Assembly (NCBI GenBank): GCA_054600435.1
Contig: BAAIJX010000017.1
Coordinates: 1 to 64,000, forward strand
DNA from: Neophaeotheca triangularis
Taxonomy: Eukaryota
Length of the DNA: 64,000 nt
Direction: 5' to 3'
The notes below the pieces were generated by a model that saw only the letters and a program-made list of their open reading frames with translations, was not told the DNA's origin and made no database searches. Numbering within the stretch: position 1 is the first letter of the stretch; each line of letters opens with the position of its first letter. This document shows, piece by piece, positions 1-10,455 of the stretch. Made by a program: the position numbers and the translations under genes.

Positions 1-118
1 CTAACCCTAACCCTAACCCTAACCCTAACCCTAACCCTAACCCTAACCCTAACCCTAACCCTAACCCTAACCCTAACCCTAACCCTAACCCTAACCCTAA
101 CCCTAACCCTAACCCTAA
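1..118. repeat. Telomeric repeat (CCCTAA)n, chromosome end
   Basis: Perfect CCCTAA tandem array of about 19.5 units from base 1, C-rich strand on +, as expected for a left chromosome end. Confidence 0.99.
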
Positions 119-119
119 A

Positions 120-1385
120 AAGGTTACTACTATCGAAGTAGGCCGCTCTAGGCTTATAGGGGCTTAGGGGAGGCGCTATAATTATATACCCTAGGGTATT
201 AGCGGGACGCGACGGTAGGGACGCCCTAGGGCCGTCCCTACTAGATCCTAGGGTAAGCGCGGGGGCAGATAGTGCCGAGGAAGTAGTAGGCCCTACGTCC
301 TACATGTCTTCTAGGGTAAGGGAAATGTCGAGAGGGGAGTTAGACATATTTCTAGTTGTTTGTTTAGTTTTCTAGAAATAGTAATAATAGTAAGGCAGCA
401 TAAATAAAATAGTAGAATCTTAGAATATATAAGTAATAGACTGAGTAAGGAAGCCGAGAATGTAAGCGATGTTCTTAGTAGTAAATTTACGAAGTTAATC
501 TTAAGCGGTACCTCGTAGTCTTTCTTCGATCTATAGCCGAGATGATATCTTTTCTCTACTAGAGGTCCTAAAGGTCCGGATTCTCTAGTAGTGTGTAGAA
601 GGTTTACCTCTATTAAAATGAGATGAGCGTCGTCGCGGGGGACTCCGGCCTCTACATTTTTAAAGCTCTATTAAGTTTTTAGCGATAATACTAAACAGTC
701 CGAAACCTTATGTAGTATAGACAACCGCATCTAGGCTAAGTAGAACGGTAAGGGCGAGAAAAGCTAAAGTAGTAAGTAGTAGTCTAGGCTATCTAGAAGC
801 CGCTATCGTCGTTTCGTTAGGATAGGAGAATAGCGGGGTAGGGTAGTAGGTTTCTTAGGGTTAACCGTAGCGCCGCTATCGCGTTGTCGAGTCCCTTTTC
901 TAGTTCCCTTATCGAAGAGTAAGTTCTATAAGCTAGGTAGTCTTATAGTAGGTATAATTCCTAGAGTATAGGTTCGGCTATTAGGACGAAGACAATATGC
1001 GATCGCCCTACCTTCGGCTCTAAATATGTCAAGCGGCGAGAACACTTAAGAAGCCGGGAGACTAGTTTTACTCGGAGAGGTATTGTTCATAACAGTTATA
1101 AATAATGTAGTAGGATTAGGAATTAGGTGTAGTCGAGAATTAGGGATTGTTCGTAATAGTTACGAATAATGCGTCGGGGGTTAGAAATTAATTAGGTCGG
1201 TCATAGTGCATAAAGGCTAATTTAAGTAGTCGTAATTTATTCTGTGTCTATCTAGGTAGGTAGGTAGGTGTCTAAGATATAAGTACTAGTGTAGGGGGAG
1301 GTATAGATATGTAAAGGGGGTAATGATAAAGCAAATACCGTAAAACTAGCCTGCCTATAAATGTAGTACGGGAGTTACTACGACA
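120..1385 (-). mobile_element. Gypsy-like LTR retrotransposon relic, copy 1 (5' LTR + leader + gag N-terminus), truncated by the telomere
   Basis: 121-1385 aligns by eye to 2257-3470. LTR 1027-1385 has TGTC...GACA termini. Minus-strand ATG at 347 reads MSNSPLDISLTLEDM*DVGP...PPLSPYKPRAAYFDSSNL, resembling the fungal gag 'AxYFDGxN' N-terminal motif. Confidence 0.75.
1027..1385 (-). repeat. LTR copy 1 (~359 bp)
   Basis: TGTC...GACA inverted termini; homologous to 3115-3470 and 9965-10318. Confidence 0.8.
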
Positions 1386-3470
1386 CTACATGTAGTTATT
1401 AAAATTAGAGGTAGTAGTAGTAGGGACATAAGTAGACCGTTTAGGAAAGGAAGGTTATAGAGCTACCTAGAAGACATTAGTTATAGCGCTAGCTAGAATG
1501 TTAGACATAGTAAATCCGTAGTAGCCTATATTCTTAACTATAATGGCTAGGTCTATAGCGTTTAACTTAAGCGTCTTAAACTTAGCTACTAGTTCGTCTA
1601 TTTCCTTTTTAGAGGTAGGCTGTTTAGGGAAGTTAGGTATAGGATATCCCTAGCTCCTAAAAGCTAGCGCTAGGAATACTATAGTATAGACTAGTATATA
1701 CATGATAGGCTTCTCGCTAGCCTCTATATAGGCTATCGCGTTATGAACCGAATTTAACATCTCTAAGGATTAGTTAGTACGGACCTTATCCTTAATAGCC
1801 CTAAATAGTTATTAGTACTTAATAGACTCGCTAGGTATAAGTAGATTAATCTAGAACTACTAGATAAGATACTCCTATAAGTTCTAAGGTAAACTATAGA
1901 GGAAGTACTTTATAATCTCTAGTCCCCTAAGAGGGTACCCCTAATCTTTAGCCTTATAGATAATACTCTCGAAACTACGAATATACTCTAGGATCCTATT
2001 TAGATAGCTAGTAGCTTTACTCTTAGCTACGAAACCCGCGAGTACTTTAATACTTCTAGTAAGTCGCTCTAAGTCGAAATCCCTAAACTTAACCTTTATA
2101 GTAGCGAAGATATCTACTAACGAGCTATTATGCTCGAGGTCTAATATCTAGGCCTAGACCTTATCGCTAATATAGCTATCGAGTAGTTCGGCTATACGAT
2201 AGGAGTCGAACCTAAACTATATATATATCTTCTTATACTTCTATATAAAGCTTATAAGGTTACTACTATTAAAGTAGGCTACCCTAGGCTCGTAAGGGCT
2301 CGGGGGAGATACTATAATCATATACCCTAGGGTATTAGTAGGACGCAATAGTAGGGACGCCCTAGAGCTATCCCTACTAGATCCTAGGGTAAGTATAGGG
2401 GTAGATAGTGCTAAGGAAGTAGTAGGCCCTATGTCCTACATGTCTTCTAGGGTAAGGGAAATGTCGAGAGGGGAGTTAGATATATTTTTAGTTATTTATT
2501 TAGTTTTCTAGAAGTAGTAATAATAGTAAGGTAGTATAAATAAAATAGTAGAATCTTAGAACATATAAGTAATAGACTAAGTAAGGAAGCTAAGAATATA
2601 AGCAATGTTTTTAGTAGTGAATTTATGAAGTTAATTTTAAGCGGTACCTTATAGTCTTTCTTCGATCTATAGCCGAGATAATATCTTTTCCCTACTAGAG
2701 GTCCTAAAGGTCCGGATTCTCTAGTAGTATATAGAAGGTTTACCTCTATTAAAATAAGACAAGCGTTATTATAGGGGACTCTAGCCTCTACATTTTTAAA
2801 GCTCTATTAAGTTTTTAGCGATAATGCCGAATAGTCCTAGGCCTTATATAGTGTAGATAACTATATCTAGGCTAAGTAGAATAGTAAGGGCGAGGAAAGC
2901 TAAAGTAGTAAGTAGTAGTCTAGGTTATCTAGAAGCTACTATTATCATTTCGTTAGGATAGGAGGATAGTAGGGTAGAGTCCCTTTTCTAGTTCCCTTAT
3001 CGAAGGGTAAGTTCTATAAGTTAGTTAGTCTTATAGTAGGTATAATTCCTAGAGTATAGGTTTAGCTATTAGGACGAAGACAATATACGATTGCCTTACC
3101 TTTAGCTCTAAATATGTTAAGTAGTAGGAATACTCGAGAAGCTAGGAGACTAGTTTTACTTAGGGAGGTATTGTTTATAATAGTTAAACAATATAGTAGG
3201 ATTAGGAATTAGATATAGTCGAGGATTAGGGATTATTTATAATAGTTATGAATAATATGTTAGGGTTAGAAATCGGTTAGGTTAGTTATAGTATGTAGAG
3301 GCTAATTTAATTAGTCGTAATTTATTCTATGTATATCTATCTAGGTAAGTAGATATCTAAGATATAAGTACTAGTATAGAGAGAGGTATAGGTATATAAA
3401 GGGGGTAATAACAAAGTAAATACTATAAAACTAGTACGCCTATAAATATAGTATAGGAGTTACTATAACA
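1386..3470 (-). mobile_element. Gypsy-like LTR retrotransposon relic, copy 2 (5' LTR + leader + longer gag relic)
   Basis: LTR at 3115-3470. The gag start is mutated to ATA at ~2483. The relic frame continues ...FDSYRIAELLDSYISDKV...GLEIIKYFLYSLP*NL*EYLI... up to the copy-1 LTR. This copy lacks ~50 bp that copy 1 has at ~845-890. Confidence 0.75.
3115..3470 (-). repeat. LTR copy 2 (~356 bp)
   Basis: TGTT...AACA termini; more heavily RIP-mutated homolog of 1027-1385. Confidence 0.8.
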
Positions 3471-6400
3471 CTACTAGTATAGCCTTCTAGGCTAGTAGTT
3501 TAATAAAGACTAAGGTAAGAAGCCTATTAGAGAGAAACTAAGGAGGTATTAGGTATATAAATATAGTAGGAAGAACCTAGGTAGAACTTACCTATCCTAT
3601 AGTTACTAGGAGTTTATCGCTAAGGTTAGGAAAGTTATAGACATCCCTTATTCAGTACTCGAGAGGGAGAAGTAGGACGTTATTAGCTAATTACGTATAT
3701 ATAGGAGATAGTTTACTAGTATTAACTAGTAGCCCTCGAGGGTAGAGCCTAGTACTCGGTCTACTAGAGCTACTACTACCTAGCTATCTAGAGTTCTCTT
3801 ATCGCTAGCTATAGTAGTAAGCCCTCCCTAGCCCCCTAACTAACCCTCTTCCTATTAATAGGCTACCTTACTTACTAAACCTAGCGAAGTAATAATTTAT
3901 ATATTTTCTATAGTAATAGATCTCGACAGATCTACCCCTCCTTACCTAATCTCTATAGTTAACAGTAATAATTCTAGGACCTTTATTCCCTCTTCCTCTA
4001 CTCTTAACGACCTAACTCTACCTTTACCTATATAATTAGACCTAATCTATATATACGAATTTATTAGGGAACCTCTTAATATATATAGTGTTATCTATAA
4101 CTACTTAAGGGAAATCGAATTAGTTCTCTCTTAGAAAGAGAAGAAGGAGGAGAAGGAGAGGAATAAGGAGAATATCGACCCTAACCCTAAACCCTTAATA
4201 GTAGCTAGCCCCCTTAACCTAAGGAAGCGGCCCTTTATACTCTTCTCCTATAACGAGAGTAGCGATCTAGATAGTAGCCCTTCTATCTAGCTCCCCTCTA
4301 TCTTATAAGGTAAATGATCTTCTAGCCTACCTATATAGATATAGCCTTCCTCTTAGCCTATCTAGTATATCTTCCCTACCCCTACTACCTCTACTAGTAG
4401 TCCTACCTCCTAGCTCTACTAACATAAGCTAGGAGGTAGCTAGTAGCCTACTTAACTTATATAGCTAGAATAATAGCCTTATAGATAAGCGATAAAGCCT
4501 AGTTATATATCTCGTCTCGGAATTCTACTTAGTAGGCGACTAAACGCTAGGTATAAGATCGGATATATAATGTAATATTAAGAGAAGAGCTATAGAAGCG
4601 GGTATATAGAGAGAGCTTAACTACGCCCTCTATAGCATTTAACCCTAATAGGTCTAAGGGGGGTAGAGAGGAGGTAGGGTTATAGGTCGGGTATATTAAT
4701 GTAAATAGGCTAGACGTAAAGAGTTAGGGAGTACTCTATAACGAGATAGACTAGAGGGTAATAGACTTAATCTTTATCGCTAAGACGTAGTATATAGGCT
4801 AGCTAGATATCCTAGATACGAATCGCTATATAGCTATATTAGTATAGCTAATATCGATAAGAGAGAATTAGTACCTAGGGGGGCTCGCGCTACTCGTAAG
4901 GCTATAAGTATAGGGACTTATTATAGGGGATCTAGTAGTATCCGAGAACAAGATCTCTATTATAGTTAGTAGGTATAGGATATCTAGCCTCTATCTCTAA
5001 CCTAGCCTACTATTTACTACGTTCGAGGATATACTTACTAGTACCTAGGACGATAACATTATACTTAGTAACTTCCCTTATAAACCTAGTAAGGTCGCTA
5101 ACCCCTCTACTATGTCCTAAGAATATACCGTTACCTCCTAGCTTTCCTATTCTTATCTAGATTATATTATTCTATCGAGTAGTATATCTCTACTATAGTA
5201 AGCTAAGACCCTTCTAGCTATTATAACTAACTATACTTTTATAAGGACATAAGCCTCCCCTACTACTACACTTTACTACTTAGACGCTAACTTCGCTAGG
5301 CTTAAAACCGACTATAAGTATACTATATACTTAGATATCGAGGGGGTCGACTATAGCCGCTTAGGTAATAGTACGACTAGGCTATACTTCTATATTACCT
5401 AACTCTCGTAGCGCTATATATATAATACCTTTTATACCTATTAGGAGTAGTATAATAGTAGCGGCATTATATAGACTATATTTGAAGCCTTACTATAGGT
5501 ATTAGTAGACTAAGGGAACGCCCTACTTACTAGCCTAGTATAAAGGGTAGTAAGCGCTACCTTTCGTAAAGCTAATAACTCTTCCTAGATAGTAGGTAGG
5601 GGAGCTATTAGTCACTATAGCTATAGCTAGAAGTATCTAAGGCGAGGCTATAATAGTAGCTAGGTCTACAAAAAGTTTATAGCGTCGAGTCTAGAGAATA
5701 GGCTATAGTTACTAAGGGTAGAGAGAGGTAATATACTAGCTAAGGTAATAGGGAAATTTAGCTCCCTCTAGTTAGTATAGGGAGGTAGTAGTTTTAGTAG
5801 TCGTAATAGTAATAGTAGGTAGTTTACGCCTCTACTACTTATGCCCTTTACCTATAAGGAAGTAGCCTCTAAGGTTATGAAGTAGGATAGGTTAAAAGCG
5901 TAAAGTAGCGATAGGGTCTATATCTAGATACTAAAGGCCCTCTATAACACGACATTTTCTATTTAGCTATATAACCTCTTTAACGCGTATTTAGAGGCCG
6001 GCTTAACCCTAGAGGAGTAGAATATAGCTAATATCTACCTACTTACTAAGGACCCTAGGGAAGCCTAAAACGGCTAACAATATATAGCTAATAACACTAA
6101 TACATATGTTCTAGAAACTATTCGAGGTTCTACTACTCTCTAGGTTCGATAGGGATTCTATGTCTAGATAGGCATATATATAGCCGATATAGTCTAGCTT
6201 CTAACTATAGTAGTCGACTATATTAACTATAGCTACTATTTATACTATATAGGAATATAATGCTATTAGCGCTATTATATTCCTCGACTTCTATATAGCC
6301 TTTAATTCTATTAGCTTCGACTACCTTAGCTATACTTTACATAGATATAGCTACCCTTTACTAATACTCTACCTAATCTAGTCTTTAATATATAAGAACC

Positions 6401-7800
6401 TACGCTCCTAGATTATAATAAATAGGGACTCCTCTAAACCCTTCCTATATACCCGAGGTATACTCTAGGGCTTACTACTTTTACCTATGTTATTTAATAT
6501 CTTTATAGACTTACTACTCGAAGAGTTAAATGCTAGGGAGAATCCGATACTACGCTATATATTTTATGCTAATAATAGTATACTACTCCTCTAACCTAGC
6601 TAGGGAGTAGACGAACCCCTTAAGTAACTAGCGAAGTAGTATATTACTAATAGAATAGAACTAAATGTTAGTAAGTATAGTATCATGACTAAGCGATTAG
6701 AAGTACCCTAGGCTAACCTCTATAGCGAACCTATCTCCCTTATAACGGAATATAAATACCTTAGGTTCCTATTTAGGAATAGTAGTATTAACTTTAAATC
6801 CTATCTCGAACGTCGACTAGACTAAGCTATTCATAAGACTAAAAGCCTAGTCTAGAAGGCTAGGGATTAGGGGCTATTAGGGCGTTAGTAGGTATACTAG
6901 TAGGAGATTTTATCTCTTTTCGAATATAGTGCTCTATTAATTTAGGCCTAGTTTAACTCGCGAGCTACTAGGGCGATAGACTAGAAGGTCGTAGATAGTC
7001 GTACTATTACCTTAACAAAGTAGGTTATTAGAAGCTAAAGGTAGAACATTACTAGTAGCCTTCTCGACATCCTAACGCTATAATACTGACTTAAAGCCCT
7101 CTATACTAAATTCCTCGCTACTCTTATAAAACTATACCCTAATTACCTACTATACCCTAAACTATACTAACTAAACCCTTTAAAGAGCTTTACTATAACC
7201 TTATAATTAAGTACCTAATTCCTAGAGTATAGGAAGACTAAACACACTAAAACTAGTAACCCTCTCTATAAGTACCTAAAGAATTATAACTATATATAAG
7301 CTTAGGAACGCTTTATAAAGACTAGGATTAGTAGTAGGTCCCTCTCTAAAGCTAACGAGGTAAGTAGGATTATAAATATAGCTAGGGCTAGTCTAACGAC
7401 CTTTAAGGAGTATAAGTTACTAATGTTCTTAGTTAGTAATTAGATAGTAAATAATAAGTATGTCTACCTAGAGCGAGATAGTCCTATAAGGTAGTAGTAC
7501 GAGGTATATATCTACTACGATAAGGACGTACCTTTATTAAGGAAGGAGCGAAGGGAGTTTATAGTATTAAAGGGATAGAATTCTAGGATTACATTTCTTA
7601 TTTAATAGGGAGAACGGAAGAGGGTAGTTTTAGGGCTAGTAGCTATTAGGGTATAGCTATAGGAGAATTTTCGAAAGATCTAGTTAGGTAATATAGAAGG
7701 GGGAGTACTCTAAGAGTTACTTTAGCTTACTACTTATAAGTTAACCCTATCTACCCTAAAACGCTTAGGAACTATACTAATATACTCGCCTAATACTAGT
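3471..7800 (+). mobile_element. RIP-inactivated non-LTR (LINE) retrotransposon with APE endonuclease and reverse transcriptase
   Basis: Relic motifs on +: YINVN(G)L at ~4692; IDLIFIA(E)T(W) at 4761-4790; IIL(G)(D)F at ~5058-5075; FLDFxxAF(D)S at 6280-6312; TRGIL(Q)G(S)(P)L(S)PMLFNIFID at 6451-6510; FYA(D)(D) at 6562-6576; YKYL(G)F at 6751. Bracketed residues are restored by reversing RIP-type transitions. Element ends are approximate. Confidence 0.88.
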
Positions 7801-7837
7801 ATTTAACCCTCGCCTATAATAGCATTAATCTATAGAG

Positions 7838-8039
7838 GCCTAAGAGGTATTAAATCTCGAGCCTAAGAGGCGTTAAATCTCGAGCCTAAGAGGCGTTAAA
7901 TCTCGAGCCTAAGAGGCATTAAATCTCGAGCCTAAGAGGCGTTAAATCTCGAGCTTAGGAGATGTTAAATCTCGAGCCTAAGAGACATTAAATCTCGAGC
8001 CTAAGAGGCATTAAATCTCGAGCCTAGGGAGGCATTAGA
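7838..8039. repeat. 23-bp minisatellite (GCCTAAGAGGCRTTAAATCTCGA) x ~8.7
   Basis: Units start at 7838, 7861, 7884, 7907, 7930, 7953, 7976, 7999 and 8022, head-to-tail with no spacers. Confidence 0.95.
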
Positions 8040-9259
8040 AACCTATTAGAGGGGAGGTAATAGTATTTAGCGGCGACATACTCCTAAGTCCTTATGTCTA
8101 AGTACCTTAAAGCCTAAAATAGCTCTAAAATTATAAGGAGTAGAATCTTAGCTAGCTTTTATAGATAGGAACACTATAGTAATACTAGACTTTAAGAGCT
8201 AGATAGCTATACTCTATTAAAAGGTTAAGTATATATAAACGGCTCTAATAAAGACTCTTAACTTAAAGCTAGGTAGCTATATTCTATCGTAAGACTAAAT
8301 GTATATCTCCTACTCTAATAGTACTATAACTCTAAAAACTCCCTATCTATAGTAAGGATATATTAAGGCATTTATAATAGCCTTATAGGTAGGTCATTAT
8401 AGCGTACTTAGATTAGGGTAGTAATTAGATTATAAGTATATACTTAACCTAACCCTATTAAAATTACGATAGAGAGGTCCTATTAGCTAGGATCTATTAT
8501 ACTAGTAGACTACTATGACTCGAGTCAAATGTTAGGCCAGTTAGTTAATCTACTAGATAGGAAGTACTCTTACTATAGCTATAAGTTATCTAGGTAGGGT
8601 TACCTCTAAGCGGCCTAGGTTATAATAAGATTTTAGTAGATAGGCACTACATAACCTAATCCCTACCTCTATTATAGTTAAATGCTAGAAAAAGGTCGAT
8701 TTTACTATAGCTACTATATTATCTAGATATTATCTTCCTAAGTAGTTAGGACTATAATATAGTAGTTAGTAGTTAAACATTAGATAATTCATCTTACTAC
8801 CTCCGAGGTCGAACCTACTATACTTTAGCTAAGTTAAGCATAATAAAACGGTAGTACCTATAGGCCTAGTAGGTAAACGATATAGCTAGGAGGTATACTA
8901 GTATAATCCTTATATACTAGGTAGGAAGCTAGTTAAATACCTAAAAGCCTATAAGCTATTATGTAAGATAGAGATATTCGCTAGTCGCTATTTATAAGTC
9001 GTATAGTAGCGAGGATGTTTTCTAATTATATAGCTTATAGTACATATTACGTATAATGACCCTATAAGGCTTACCTTATAGATATTTAGTCTATATTATA
9101 AGTATAAGTAGGTGTTTTAAACTGCCTATAGAACTAGATACTTAAGGCACAATAAAGTAGGAGAAGATAAACACTAAGGGTACTATAGAACTGCCCTTAG
9201 TTAAGCGCCTATCGAGTTAAAATGACGTCTCTTCCTATACTAAGAACCCCTAACCCTAA

Positions 9260-9912
9260 GGTTATTAGTAGAGGTTATATAGTTAGTATTAGTAGTAGAG
9301 ACTATAGAGTTAGTATTAGTAGCTAAGGTTATAGAGTTAGTGTTATTAGTAGAGGTATTATAGGTAATAAAGGTAGTAAAGGTAGTAAAGGTAGTAGAGG
9401 TAGTAGAGGTAGTAGAGGGAGGTATTATCTACTAATATGTTATCTATAAATACATAAAGTAAAGATAAATGCTACTAGTACATAAAAGTAAAGGTAAATG
9501 CTATAATGAATAAAGTGAAGAAAATGCTACTAGTATATACTAGTACATAAAAGTAAAGGTAAATACTATAATGTATAAAGTAAAGGTAAATACTATAATG
9601 TATAAAGTAAAGGTAAACGCTATAATGTGTATATAAAGGTAAATACCACTAGCCGATAAATACATAAAGTAAAGGTAAATATAGAAAGCGAATATAGATG
9701 TTTATATATAATAGAGAGTACTTATAGTAATAGTATAGGACATCCCTTACTTCCTATCTCTTACTTCTTATATCTCGCTACTACATCCCTTACTCCTTAT
9801 ATCTCGTCGCTATTATTTATAGTAGCCTCCCCCTACCTAGTAACTATATCTACTTATATCTCGTCGCTATTATTTATAGTAGCCTCCCTCTACCTAGTAA
9901 CTATATCTACTT
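9260..9912. repeat. Cluster of degenerate minisatellites (~27-bp, 9-bp, ~27-28-bp and 57-bp units)
   Basis: ~27-bp units at 9260-9355; AGGTAGTAR x5 at ~9372-9418; ATAAAGTAAAGGTAAATRC units at ~9450-9680; 57-bp direct duplication at ~9799-9912. Confidence 0.85.
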
Positions 9913-9964
9913 TATCTTTAGTATAAATACTAGGTTTTTAATACTAGATTTTTAACGTATCTAT

Positions 9965-10318
9965 TATTAAGTAGTATAAGTACTCGAGAAGCTAGGAGAC
10001 TAGTTTTACTTAGAGAGGTATTATTCATAGTAGTTACGAATAATATAGTAGGATTAGGAATAAGGTATAGTTAGGAATTAGGGATTATTTGTAGTAGTTA
10101 CGAATAATGTAATAGGATTAGAAATTAGTTAAGTCTATTATAGTAGATAGAGACTACTTTAATTAGTCGTAAATCATTCTATATATGTCTATCTAGGGAG
10201 GTATCTAAGATATAAGTACTAGTGTTAGGGAAGGTATAGGTATATAAAGGGGGTAATAATAAAGCAAATACTATAAAACAAGTATACCTATTAATGTAGT
10301 ATAGGAGTTACTACGATA
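9965..10318 (-). mobile_element. Solo LTR of the same family as 1027-1385 and 3115-3470
   Basis: Shares TACTCGAGAAGCTAGGAGACTAGTTTTACT...GGAGTTACTACGA; homology stops at both LTR termini (RIP-altered TATT...GATA) with no internal sequence on either side. Confidence 0.8.
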
Positions 10319-10404
10319 ATAGTAGTACTAGATACTAGTAGTATCGACATAAGGAGTGTCCTATATAGCGCTTAGTATATAGATAGGTAAAGTGCGATAA
10401 TACT

Positions 10405-10455
10405 AAAGTACTAAGGTTAGAAGTACTAAGGTTAGAAGTACTAAGGTTAGAAGTA
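10405..10455. repeat. 16-bp tandem repeat (AAGTACTAAGGTTAG-type unit) x ~3
   Basis: aagtactaaggttag aagtactaaggttag aagtactaaggttag aagta is visible directly; the unit is 15-16 bp. Confidence 0.85.

Noticed and set aside
4179..4190. Interstitial telomere seed CCCTAACCCTAA
   Set aside because: Lies inside a relic LINE reading frame (D-P-N-P-K-like codons) and is easily produced by RIP.
7838..8039. CRISPR-like array
   Set aside because: Repeats are contiguous with no unique spacers, there are no cas genes, and the context is eukaryotic.
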